DNA of 64,000 nucleotides from the NCBI GenBank assembly GCA_963807235.1, contig CAWEBF010000025.1, forward strand, positions 77,214 through 141,213. The letters are read 5' to 3'. How positions within the stretch are numbered: position 1 is the first letter of the stretch; every line of letters starts with the position of its first letter. The notes under the pieces are model-generated. The model did no database searches, was not told the DNA's origin, and was given only the letters and a program-made list of their open reading frames with translations. The position numbers were made by a program, and so were the translations under genes. Shown here piece by piece: positions 19,432 to 28,666 of this stretch. The DNA is from an uncultured Acidobacteriota bacterium. Lineage in GTDB: Bacteria > Acidobacteriota > Vicinamibacteria > Vicinamibacterales > UBA2999.

Positions 19432-21066
19432 ATGCGTTCACTGCTGCTCCTGGTCATCACGATCCTGCCGGCAGTGGCGACCGCGCAGAACCTGACGCGG
19501 ACGCCCGCAGACTGCGAGAGGCTGGCAGCATTGGCGCTGCCCAACACGCAGATCACGTCGGCGCAGGTGGTGGAGGCGGGCCGGTTCACTCTCCCGGCGA
19601 GCTTTGCTCCCCGAGGTGGAGGCGGCTCGTCGGCGCTCGCCGGCACCATCGGCGCGGTCCCCGATGTTCCGGGGCGCGTGACGGCGAACACGGCGGGGCT
19701 GGGCCTCGGATACAACGGCGGGCGCGGCATCCCGCCGTTCAGCACGCTTCCCGCCTTCTGCCGCGTCGCGGCCACGCTGAAGCCGTCGCCGTCCTCGGAC
19801 ATCCGGATGGAGCTGTGGCTGCCGGTTGCCGGCTGGAACGGGAACTTTCGCGGCACGAGCCCCAACGGGCTGGGCGGCGTCATCAACTACAACGCGATGG
19901 GCGTCGGCCTGACCGACGGGTTCGCGGTCGCCAGCACCGACACGGGGCATCAGGGTGGCGACACCGCCTGGATGCAGGCGCCGGACAAGGTGACGGACTT
20001 CGCCGGCCGCGCCATGCACGAGACCACCGTCGCCGGAAAGGCGCTGACCGCCGCCTACTACGGCAGCGCGCACAGGTTCTCCTACATGATCGAATGCGGC
20101 GGCGGCTCCGCCGCGGCGCTACACGAGGTCCAGAAATACCCCGCGGACTACAACGGCGTCGTCGTGGGTGGTCACGCGGCGCACCTGACGCGGCAGATCT
20201 TCGGGCAGATGTGGCTCTGGCAGGCCACCCATCCCAACGGCGTGGCCGTGATGCCGCCGCCAAAGCTGCGCGTCCTGCACGACGCCGTGCTGGCCAGGTG
20301 CGATCTGCTGGACGGCGTGAAGGACGGGCTGCTCGAGAACCCGCTCAGCTGCGCGTTCGATCCCAAGGAAATCGAGTGCCGGGCTGGCGACGGGCCGAGC
20401 TGCCTGACGCCGCAACAGGTGGACGCGGCGCAGAAGGTCTACGCAGGGCCGTCCAATCCGCGAACCAAGGGGCGCGTCTGGCCGGGGCTCTATCGCGGGA
20501 GCGAGCTGGACTGGAGCTTCTTCACCGACGCGGCTGGCCCGATCGGGATCGCCACGAGCACGCTGCGCGACGTGGTGCTCAAGGATCCGGCCTGGGACTA
20601 CCGCACGAGCCCCGTTGATTTCGACCGCCACGTCGCGCTGGCCGATCAGTCGGACATCGCCCGCGTGAACGCGTCGAACCCCGACATCTCGGCCTTCGTG
20701 AAGCAGGGCGGCAAGCTGATCCTGTCGGGAGGATGGAACAACGCTCTTGTGCCGGCGGGCGCGGTGCTGGACTACTACGAGCGCGTGCGCGCGACGCTTG
20801 GTCCGGCGCAGGCGCAGCGCGCCGTTCGCCTCTACATGGTGCCGGGGATGATCGAGTGCAACGGCGGCCCGGGCACGGACACGTTCGACATGCTGGGCGT
20901 CATGCGGAACTGGGTGGAGCGGAATCAAGCGCCGAACGAGGTGATCGCCTCACGCGTCGAGCATGGGAAGGTGCTGCGTACGCGCCCGTTATGCCCGTAT
21001 CCGCAAGTCGCCACGTACCGCGGCCGGGGAAGCACGGACGACGCCGGCAGTTTCTCCTGCAAGTAG
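19432..21066 (+). CDS. tannase/feruloyl-esterase-family protein with substituted catalytic positions
   Basis: ORF 19432..21066. Signal peptide, then family blocks FCRVAATLKPSPSSDIRMELWLPVAGWNGNF, AVASTDTGHQG and CDLLDGVKDGLLENPLSCAFD. The Ser and His motif positions read MIECGGG and MIECNGG. Confidence 0.75.
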   Translation: MRSLLLLVITILPAVATAQNLTRTPADCERLAALALPNTQITSAQVVEAGRFTLPASFAPRGGGGSSALAGTIGAVPDVPGRVTANTAGLGLGYNGGRGIPPFSTLPAFCRVAATLKPSPSSDIRMELWLPVAGWNGNFRGTSPNGLGGVINYNAMGVGLTDGFAVASTDTGHQGGDTAWMQAPDKVTDFAGRAMHETTVAGKALTAAYYGSAHRFSYMIECGGGSAAALHEVQKYPADYNGVVVGGHAAHLTRQIFGQMWLWQATHPNGVAVMPPPKLRVLHDAVLARCDLLDGVKDGLLENPLSCAFDPKEIECRAGDGPSCLTPQQVDAAQKVYAGPSNPRTKGRVWPGLYRGSELDWSFFTDAAGPIGIATSTLRDVVLKDPAWDYRTSPVDFDRHVALADQSDIARVNASNPDISAFVKQGGKLILSGGWNNALVPAGAVLDYYERVRATLGPAQAQRAVRLYMVPGMIECNGGPGTDTFDMLGVMRNWVERNQAPNEVIASRVEHGKVLRTRPLCPYPQVATYRGRGSTDDAGSFSCK

Positions 21067-21113
21067 TGCAGCCCATCCTTTGAACTTCGTCGGGCCGTCG
21101 CCGTCGAAGATCG

Positions 21114-21866
21114 ATGGACATGGCCTCCGAACCGAGATCCGTCGAGCGCCTTGCCTACGTAGTCGGTGCGCTGCTCATCCTTAGCGGCCTTGTGCATGTC
21201 GTCGTTCTACTGATGAGCAGCGGTTCTTGGGAAGGCCCGCTGTCGCTGCGCAAGCCGGCAACCTTCGGCCTCTCATTCGGGCTGACATTGATCAACGTTA
21301 CGCTGATCGCCGGGTTCGTATCCCTCACGGATCGAACGCGTGCGTGGCTGCTCGGCATCTTCGCGGCGGCGTGCGTCCTCGAGACCGTCCTGGTGTCGAT
21401 GCAGGCGTGGCGGGCCGTTCCCTCTCACTTCAACATGGAGACGCCGTTCGACGCGGCGGTGGCCCAAACATTGGCGTTCGGCGGATTCACGCTCGTCGTG
21501 GTCATCGTGACGCTGACTGTTGCGGCATTCCGGGATCGGGCGCCGCTGCCGGCGGGCGTTCGTCTGGCGACCCAAGCCGGTTTGGTGGCCTTGGTGGGCG
21601 CGCAGGTCGTCGGTGGTCTGATGATCGCGACCGGTGTGCGGCTCGTGTTCGCCGGCGATCCGCAGGGCGCGTACGCGACCGGCGGCTGGCTGAAGCCGGT
21701 TCATGCCGCGTTGATGCACGGCATCTTGGTGCTGCCGCTTGCAGCATGGTGGATCTCGAGAACGGATTGGCCCCAGCCAACCCAGTCGCGAGCCATGTGG
21801 GCTTGTGTCGGCCTCTATGGGCTGTTGGTCGCCACGACCGTAGTGGCGAGTCTGGTCTTGCGCTGA
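21114..21866 (+). CDS. hypothetical polytopic membrane protein
   Basis: ORF 21114..21866 has about six hydrophobic segments. I recognise no family. Confidence 0.5.
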   Translation: MDMASEPRSVERLAYVVGALLILSGLVHVVVLLMSSGSWEGPLSLRKPATFGLSFGLTLINVTLIAGFVSLTDRTRAWLLGIFAAACVLETVLVSMQAWRAVPSHFNMETPFDAAVAQTLAFGGFTLVVVIVTLTVAAFRDRAPLPAGVRLATQAGLVALVGAQVVGGLMIATGVRLVFAGDPQGAYATGGWLKPVHAALMHGILVLPLAAWWISRTDWPQPTQSRAMWACVGLYGLLVATTVVASLVLR

Positions 21867-21938
21867 TCGCCTTGAATGGAGGCAGGACGCACAACGGCGG
21901 CCGGGGCCGCCGTTGTCGTCAGAAGAGAGTCGGCTGTG

Positions 21939-23408
21939 CTATTTCCCGACGGCCTTCCACAGGTCGGCCTTGGTCTGGGGCGTGTTCCCCCTGTGCACCG
22001 ACATGTACTGCTCGAAGTCGAGGTTCAGCTTCTCTATCGCGGGCTGGAGCGCGCGGATGTGATCGTTGGGCTGCTGCCCCGCGGCCGGCAACGTGTAGTC
22101 GGCCTGGAACAGGATCTTCTCCTTCGGGATGAACGCAACGGTCAGACCGTTGGAGTGGGGCGACGGGTAGATGTGGTGGAACTCCACCGTCCGCGTGCCA
22201 TCCGAGTAGACCTTCTTCGCGCCGATCGTCTCGATCTTGACCTTCTTCGGACTCTTGGCCAGCGTATCGTTCAGCAGCGTCCTCGGCGTGTTGAGCGCCT
22301 TTTCGAAGAACTCCTTGTTGTTTTCCTGCGTGATGAGCGTCACGCCCTCGGCAACGAGCGCCGGCAGCCCGCCGGTGTGGTCCGAATGCGGGTGCGAGTT
22401 CCACACGTACCGGAGCGGCTTGTTCGGGTAGAGCTTCTTGGTCTCGGCGATGTAGGCCAGGCTGCGGGCCTCGGGCTGGCCGGCCTCGAGCATCATCACG
22501 TAGTCCCTGAACTCCACGAGCAGCGAGTCGTAGCTGCCGGGCCCAGTGGTCAGACGGGTGAGCCCGTCGCCGAGCTTCTCGACGGTGACGGTCAACGCGG
22601 GAGGGCCACCAGGACCACCCGCAGGCGGGCCGCCGCCGCGGCCGGCCGGCGGTGCGGGAGCAGGCGCGAGCGTCGCGACGTCGGCGGGGTTGGCACGCGC
22701 GGCGGTGACGTCGGCCTCGAAGAACGGCAGGCCGCCGCGAGTCTGAACGACCTTCGCCGGCGCCATGGCGCCGCCAAAGTCCTTCCACCCGCTGTAAGTG
22801 GCGACGATGTGCATGTCGCCCATGATGTTCTCGCCCACCCAGGTCTCCACGCGTTCGATCAGGTTGCGGTCATTGACATAGCCGTTGATGGTGTAGCCCT
22901 TGCCCGACGGTGCCTTGACGGCCGGACTCCACGAGAGCACGGTCAGGTTGCCGCGACGGCTCGCGGTGGCGTTGTTCTCTGCCGCACCCTTCAGGAAGCC
23001 CCAGGGGGTGAGATAAAAATCCACCGAGCCCGCCCACGGCTGGGAGAGGTCCGCCTGCTGCGGCGTCACCTGCTGGAAGAATGTGCCGGGTGCCGTCGTG
23101 GTCGAACCGCCAGCCCCGATGTTGTTGGTGCCGCCGGTGTGCCGTGAGGCCGGCGCCGCCAGGTCGATGACGCGAACGTAGTTCGCGATTGGCCGCATCG
23201 GGTTGTGCGCGCCCTGACAGGTCATCTGAGTGGCATTGGCCCCGCACTGTTGGAAGGCCACATCTTTCGCCGAACCCGAATACGTGATGGATTTGGGATC
23301 GCCCAATGCCTTTTGCGCGTTGGCGATCACGGTTTTTGCGTCTTGTGCCGCCGCGTCGCCGTACGGGTACACGAGGCAGATTGCGACTAGGGCCAGTCTT
23401 TTCACCAC
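21939..23408 (-). CDS. exported protein: uncharacterised N-terminal domain, Gly/Pro linker and C-terminal MBL-fold hydrolase
   Basis: GTG 23408 lies inside ORF 21939..23621 and is preceded by GGAGGAG. Signal peptide VVKRLALVAICLVYPYGDAAAQ. Canonical HxHxDH motif in WNSHPHSDHTGG. Confidence 0.75.
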   Translation of the reverse strand: MVKRLALVAICLVYPYGDAAAQDAKTVIANAQKALGDPKSITYSGSAKDVAFQQCGANATQMTCQGAHNPMRPIANYVRVIDLAAPASRHTGGTNNIGAGGSTTTAPGTFFQQVTPQQADLSQPWAGSVDFYLTPWGFLKGAAENNATASRRGNLTVLSWSPAVKAPSGKGYTINGYVNDRNLIERVETWVGENIMGDMHIVATYSGWKDFGGAMAPAKVVQTRGGLPFFEADVTAARANPADVATLAPAPAPPAGRGGGPPAGGPGGPPALTVTVEKLGDGLTRLTTGPGSYDSLLVEFRDYVMMLEAGQPEARSLAYIAETKKLYPNKPLRYVWNSHPHSDHTGGLPALVAEGVTLITQENNKEFFEKALNTPRTLLNDTLAKSPKKVKIETIGAKKVYSDGTRTVEFHHIYPSPHSNGLTVAFIPKEKILFQADYTLPAAGQQPNDHIRALQPAIEKLNLDFEQYMSVHRGNTPQTKADLWKAVGK

Positions 23409-23561
23409 AGCTACTCCTCCCCTAAACGGCCGGGGCACAACACGCGTTTTCACGATGCTGCATTTCCCGGCTGTCCTTCGAGATGCGGATTGTAACCGCC
23501 GCTTGCCGGTCGGGCCGCCAGCCAACCACGGCTTTGACGCCCATTTGCGGCGAACGAGCCG

Positions 23562-23638
23562 ATAATCACCGCATGAATTGCGGACATTGGCGTTAGATGC
23601 GGCGAGGGGCGGTATAATCACCGCTTATTCAGCGGTGA
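23562..23638 (+). promoter_or_regulatory. two copies of ATAATCACCGC-N7-GCGG upstream of fic; the second copy contains a TATAAT box and a 7-bp inverted repeat
   Basis: ATAATCACCGC occurs at 23562-23572 and 23614-23624, 52 bp apart. TATAAT is at 23613-23618. The inverted repeat TCACCGC(23618-23624)/GCGGTGA(23632-23638) ends 1 nt before the fic ATG. Confidence 0.45.
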
Positions 23639-24763
23639 ATGTCGATGTATATCCATGAGCTTTCGGAGTGGCCGAGGTTCCGCTGGGACGACAGGCGTCT
23701 GGCGGCTCCACTGGCGGCCGCCAGGCATCTGCAGGGGCGTCTCATCGGCCAGATGGAGGCGCTCGGCTTCAAGATCAAGGAGGAAGCCGTTCTCAGGACG
23801 CTCACGGACGATGTTCTGAAGAGCAGCGAGATCGAAGGCGAGAAGCTGGACGCCGACCAGGTGCGTTCGTCGGTCGCGCGGCGGCTGGGGATGGACATCG
23901 GCGGCTTGAAACCCGCCGACCGACACGTCGAAGGTGTCGTCGAGATGATGCTCGACGCGACACAGCGCTACGACCGGGCCCTCACGGAAGAACGGCTCTT
24001 TGGTTGGCACGCCTCGCTGTTCCCGGCCGGGCGGAGCGGGATGCACCGCATCACGGTGGGCGCGTGGCGGGACGACGCGCGCGCGTCCGCGCGCGGCACA
24101 GCGCCGATGCAGGTGGTGTCCGGTCCAATCGGGCGCGAGCGGGTGCACTTCGAAGCACCCGTCGCCGCGCGCCTGGACGCGGAGATGCGCCGGTTCCTGG
24201 AGTCGTTCGAGGGTCCCGTGACGGCCGAACCGGTGCTGAAGGCCGCGCTGGTACATCTCTGGTTCGTCACGATTCACCCGTTCGACGACGGCAATGGCCG
24301 TGTCGCGCGAGCCATTGCGGATATGGCCCTCGCCAGATCGGAGGGGAGCCCGCGCCGGTTTTACAGCATGTCGGCGCAGATCCGCCAGGAGCGCGACGAG
24401 TACTACCGCATCCTCGAGCAGACGCAGCGGGGCACCATGGACATCACGCCCTGGATGGAGTGGTTCCTCGGTTGTCTCACGCGCGCGATCGAGGGGGCGC
24501 AGACCGCGCTCTCGAGCGTGATCGCGAAGGCGCGGCACTGGGAGAGGCTGCGCGAGGTGCCGCTGAACGAGCGACAGCGGCTGGTGATCAATCGCCTGCT
24601 CGAAGGCTTTGAGGGAAACCTGACGACCTCGAAGTGGGCCTCGCTGACGAAGAGCTCGCAGGATACCGCGCTGCGGGACATCCAGCAGCTTGTCGAACGC
24701 GGCGTGCTGGTTCGCAACACCGCCGGGGGAAGGAGCACCAGCTATTCGCTCGCTCAGCTATAG
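23639..24763 (+). CDS. Fic-family protein (AMPylase-type)
   Basis: ORF 23639..24763. Fic motif HPFDDGNGRVAR and a winged-helix-like C-terminus. Confidence 0.9.
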   Translation: MSMYIHELSEWPRFRWDDRRLAAPLAAARHLQGRLIGQMEALGFKIKEEAVLRTLTDDVLKSSEIEGEKLDADQVRSSVARRLGMDIGGLKPADRHVEGVVEMMLDATQRYDRALTEERLFGWHASLFPAGRSGMHRITVGAWRDDARASARGTAPMQVVSGPIGRERVHFEAPVAARLDAEMRRFLESFEGPVTAEPVLKAALVHLWFVTIHPFDDGNGRVARAIADMALARSEGSPRRFYSMSAQIRQERDEYYRILEQTQRGTMDITPWMEWFLGCLTRAIEGAQTALSSVIAKARHWERLREVPLNERQRLVINRLLEGFEGNLTTSKWASLTKSSQDTALRDIQQLVERGVLVRNTAGGRSTSYSLAQL

Positions 24764-25728
24764 GCGATTCGCTGAGCCGCGTTGTCCCATCGCCAGATCC
24801 GGCTGCCGTTCTGTAAATGCACTCCGCCGAGCCACCGGTCGATGCCGCAGGTCGCCACCCGGTCCTGCCGGCCCGACAACACCGATCGACCCGTGTCCGT
24901 AAGGGTCACAACGCCCCGGAGGTCCTGGCTTCCTGGAGTACCTGAGCGATCCACAGCGAGGAGCGGAGGTGATGTGCATGACAAGGCCTCTGCCAGCTCG
25001 GCCAACGACTCGCGGGTGATGTGGTAGACGCGTTCGCCTTCGTACATCCGCGGGAACGCTTCCCGCAAGGCGATCCCGGTCCCGCCCGCCAGCTCGAGAA
25101 GCCGGCGCTCACTTCGCGAGAGTCCGTCGGTCGTCCACGGGTATTCCTGGAGAAAGCGGGTGATCGACGCGGCGAGATACGGCAACGCCGACGTGTCGTC
25201 TCGCCGCAGCTCGTCCAGCGCCTCGGGCGTCGGCTCACGGAAGGCCTGCCAGGCCCGTCGCGCCAACACATACTGTCGCTCACCCACAGGCCGTCTCGTT
25301 TCCAGGAGGGGCGCCAGTTCATCTGGGGTGAGCTCACCCAAGCCTTTGAAGTCGGGACGTCCAGGGAACTCGCCGATGCAGATGAGCGACACGGGCTTCG
25401 TTGCAGGAAGGTGGTCGCGAACCCACGCCAGCAACTGAATCAGATTCAGCTGGTCGAACAGGTCGTGTTCGAACCACAGGATCAGCTCGTCGTAGGACTC
25501 GTGGCGTTCAAGTGGAGTTCGCCACAGCCGCATGTCCGGCTCGGGTGCGTCCGCTGGTCCGAGATAGCGCGCGCGCACCTCGAGCAGCTCCGCATCGTTC
25601 AACCCGGCGGGAACTGGTCCATCATGCAGTGGATCGGCCCAGATGGAACACGCGCCTGGGATGCCGGCGGCTTCAATGGTCATCGTCGTGGACGTGCCAT
25701 TCGCGACGTGCAGAAGCCTCATCAACAC
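24754..25728 (-). CDS. DUF1835-like protein
   Basis: ORF 24754..25728. The N-terminus LLHVANGTSTTMTIEAAGIPG...SIWADPLHDGPVP resembles what I recall of DUF1835. It is convergent with fic, with a 10-nt overlap. Confidence 0.55.
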   Translation of the reverse strand: MLMRLLHVANGTSTTMTIEAAGIPGACSIWADPLHDGPVPAGLNDAELLEVRARYLGPADAPEPDMRLWRTPLERHESYDELILWFEHDLFDQLNLIQLLAWVRDHLPATKPVSLICIGEFPGRPDFKGLGELTPDELAPLLETRRPVGERQYVLARRAWQAFREPTPEALDELRRDDTSALPYLAASITRFLQEYPWTTDGLSRSERRLLELAGGTGIALREAFPRMYEGERVYHITRESLAELAEALSCTSPPLLAVDRSGTPGSQDLRGVVTLTDTGRSVLSGRQDRVATCGIDRWLGGVHLQNGSRIWRWDNAAQRIAYS

Positions 25729-25760
25729 ATTCTTGATCGCGCGGTGAACAGTGCCGATCT

Positions 25761-26711
25761 GTGGCAGGATTCAGCACGCAGTCGCGGATCGAAGGGAGCT
25801 ACGACGTGAACACACGCTTGATCGCCTCCGTCCTTTCAGCACTTCTGCTGTGCTTCGTTTTCGGTGACGCGCCGGGTGTCTCGGCGCAGTCTGGCGGGAA
25901 CTACAAAGTCGATCAGAACTGGGCGCGGCTGCCAGCGGGCACGACGTGGAATGGCAACACGTCGTGGATCACGGCGGACGGGAAGGGGCAAGTCGTGGTG
26001 CTGGTGCGCACGGCGCCGTACTTTCGAGTGCTCAGCCGCGACGGCGCCTGGGTGAAGGCCTTCGGAGACGACGGTCTGTTCCAGAGTGCACACAGCGTGA
26101 CGATCGATGCGCAGGGAGCCCTGTGGGTGACCGACTCCGCGGCGCACACCGTCCACAAGTTCAGTCCGGACGGCCGCCTGCTGATGACCCTCGGCAAGAA
26201 GGGCGTCGCCGGCGACAACACGTCGCGGGATCTGTTCAACCAACCCAACCACGTCGCCGTTGCGCCGAACGGCGACATCTACGTGTCCGATGGATATGTG
26301 AATGCGCGCGTCGTGCACTTCTCCAAGGACGGACAGTTCATCCGGATCATCGGCGGCGTGAAGGGATCGCAGCCGGGACAGCTGCAGCTCCCGCACGGCG
26401 TGGCCCTGGATTCCAGGGGCCGCATCCTGATCAACGACAGCGACAACCAGCGTGTGTCCGTCTTCGACAAGGACGGGACGTTCGTGGAGTCGTGGCCCTA
26501 TCCGTCGCGCGGCGGGATTGCCGTTGCCGCCGACGACACCGTCTACATCAGCGATGTGAATGCCGGCATCGTCAACATCGTGAAGAACGGGAAGCTGGTC
26601 GGCAGCGTCCTGGCGGATCGGGCGCACGGGATGGGCATCGACACCGATGGCTCGATCTACGTCTCCGGCGCGTCACGGATGACAGTCATGAAGATCACCA
26701 AGGCTCGGTGA
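25761..26711 (+). CDS. exported NHL-repeat six-bladed beta-propeller protein
   Basis: ORF 25761..26711. Signal peptide, then repeated NHL-type motifs (HSVTIDAQGALWVTD, PNHVAVAPNGDIYVSD, PHGVALDSRGRILIND, GIAVAADDTVYISD, HGMGIDTDGSIYVS). Confidence 0.75.
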   Translation: MAGFSTQSRIEGSYDVNTRLIASVLSALLLCFVFGDAPGVSAQSGGNYKVDQNWARLPAGTTWNGNTSWITADGKGQVVVLVRTAPYFRVLSRDGAWVKAFGDDGLFQSAHSVTIDAQGALWVTDSAAHTVHKFSPDGRLLMTLGKKGVAGDNTSRDLFNQPNHVAVAPNGDIYVSDGYVNARVVHFSKDGQFIRIIGGVKGSQPGQLQLPHGVALDSRGRILINDSDNQRVSVFDKDGTFVESWPYPSRGGIAVAADDTVYISDVNAGIVNIVKNGKLVGSVLADRAHGMGIDTDGSIYVSGASRMTVMKITKAR

Positions 26712-26712
26712 C

Positions 26713-27849
26713 TCAATCTGGCGTGCGCGCGAGACGGAGGCCGGTCCGCTCGTCGAACAAGTGCACACGCTCAGCGTTGATACGGAAGCCGACACGTTCG
26801 TCCAGGCCGACCGACGCGTCAGGCGCCACGGCCACACGCAAGAGCTGATTCGGCACGCGGTCGACGCGCAGATGAACGACCGTGGTTGCTCCCATCGGCT
26901 CCACAACTTCGACACGTCCAGTACCGTGCCCCGCATCCGCGCTCGTCAAATCGATATCGTGTGGTCGTATCCCGATCCGGACGCCGCGGGGGGCCTCGGT
27001 GCCGCGTGCGTCATCGGCGTCCGAAACCTCGGCCGAGGCATCGTTGGCACGCGTGTCCGCGATAGCAAACGCCGGCGACTCGAGTCGCCGGCCGAGGCCG
27101 TCCCGTGACAGCGTGCCCTCGATCAGGTTCATCGCCGGGGCGCCGATGAAGCTGGCGACGAAGATATTGGCGGGCCTCCGAAAGATCTCGAGCGGCGGCG
27201 CCAGCTGTTCGATGGCCCCGTCCCGCATCACCGCCACGCGAGTGCCCAGGGTCATCGCCTCTTCCTGGTCGTGGGTCACGTACACGATCGTCGCCCCGAG
27301 CCGCCGGTGCAGGAGGGCCAGCTCGGTGCGCATCGCGATGCGGGTCTGCGGATCGAGATTGGACAGGGGCTCGTCGAACAGGAACGCCTGCGGCTCCCGA
27401 ACGATCGCGCGGCCGAGCGCCACGCGCTGGCGCTGCCCGCCCGACAGCTGCGCCGGTTTGCGCTCGAGCAAGGTATCGATCCCGAGCGCCGCCGCGGTCC
27501 GGCGAACCCGTTCGTCGATGGCCGCCGGCGCGACATGCCGGAGCTGCAGGCCGAACGCCAGGTTCTGCCGCACGCTCTTGTGCGGATAGAGCGCGTAGCT
27601 CTGAAACACCATCGCGAGATCGCGGTGCTGCGGCGCCACGGCCGTCACATCACGGCCCCCAATAAGAACCTTTCCCGCTGTCGGGGTTTCGAGCCCGGCG
27701 ATCAACCTGAGGACGGTGCTCTTGCCGCAGCCCGACGGACCGACGAGCACCAGCAGCTCGCCGTCGGCGATATCGAGCGTGATGTCGCGGGCGGCGGCCT
27801 GACCGCCCGGAAAGACCTTGCTGAGGCCGCGAAGGTGGATTCCGGCCAT
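26713..27849 (-). CDS. sugar ABC transporter ATP-binding protein (MalK/UgpC-like)
   Basis: ORF 26713..27849. Walker A GPSGCGKST, signature LSGGQRQRV, Walker B FLFDEPLS and a C-terminal regulatory domain. Confidence 0.9.
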   Translation of the reverse strand: MAGIHLRGLSKVFPGGQAAARDITLDIADGELLVLVGPSGCGKSTVLRLIAGLETPTAGKVLIGGRDVTAVAPQHRDLAMVFQSYALYPHKSVRQNLAFGLQLRHVAPAAIDERVRRTAAALGIDTLLERKPAQLSGGQRQRVALGRAIVREPQAFLFDEPLSNLDPQTRIAMRTELALLHRRLGATIVYVTHDQEEAMTLGTRVAVMRDGAIEQLAPPLEIFRRPANIFVASFIGAPAMNLIEGTLSRDGLGRRLESPAFAIADTRANDASAEVSDADDARGTEAPRGVRIGIRPHDIDLTSADAGHGTGRVEVVEPMGATTVVHLRVDRVPNQLLRVAVAPDASVGLDERVGFRINAERVHLFDERTGLRLARTPD

Positions 27850-27850
27850 T

Positions 27851-28666
27851 TCAGCCCTTGACCGCGCCGGAGGTGAGTCCGGCGACGATGCCGCGCTGCG
27901 CGATCAGCACCAGCGCCACGACGGGAATCGTCGCGACGACTGCGGCCGCCAGAATCTCCCCCCATGGCACCTGATACTGCCCCCGGAAAAGAGTGATCGC
28001 CACGGGAACGGTGTAGCGCTCCGGCCCGAGGGTGAACGACAGGGCAAACAGGAACTCGTTCCAGCAGTAAAGGAACGTGAGGATGGCGGTGGTGGCGATG
28101 CCTGGCCACGACAGCGGCACGATGATCGTCCAGAACGTCCGGATCCGGCCCGCCCCATCCATCGACGCCGCTTCTTCCAGGTCGGCGGGAAGCTGGCGGA
28201 AGAACCCGGTGAGCAGCCAGATCGTCAGCGGCATGGCAAACGACAGGTATGGCAGCACGAGTCCAGGAAAGGTGTTCAACAGCCGCAGCTCGCGGAGCAG
28301 CAGATACAGCGGGCTCACGATCGAGATCTGCGGGAACATCGAGACCGCCAGCACGAACGCCAGCACTGGCGCCTTGCCGCGAAAGCGGAGCCGGGCGAGC
28401 GCGTACGCGCAGATCGATCCGAGCGCGACCGCCACGAGGGTCGTCGATCCGGCCACCACCAGCGAATTGCGCACGGGCGTCCAGAAGTCGCGTGTCGCAA
28501 ACAGGGCGCGGTAGTGCTCGAGCACGAGACCGCTCGGCACGAGTGACGGCGCCGCGAACAACCGGCTCTCCGGTGTGAACGACGAGATCACCGCCCAGTA
28601 CGCTGGGAACAGCAGGGCCAGCACGAGCAGGACTGTCATCACCGCCGCCGGGCGATTCGACCTCAT
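27851..28666 (-). CDS. carbohydrate ABC transporter permease (MalG-like)
   Basis: ATG 28666 lies inside ORF 27851..29551. EAA-type loop LEEAASMDGAGRIRTFWTIIVPL. ATGA overlap with the upstream permease. Confidence 0.85.
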   Translation of the reverse strand: MRSNRPAAVMTVLLVLALLFPAYWAVISSFTPESRLFAAPSLVPSGLVLEHYRALFATRDFWTPVRNSLVVAGSTTLVAVALGSICAYALARLRFRGKAPVLAFVLAVSMFPQISIVSPLYLLLRELRLLNTFPGLVLPYLSFAMPLTIWLLTGFFRQLPADLEEAASMDGAGRIRTFWTIIVPLSWPGIATTAILTFLYCWNEFLFALSFTLGPERYTVPVAITLFRGQYQVPWGEILAAAVVATIPVVALVLIAQRGIVAGLTSGAVKG

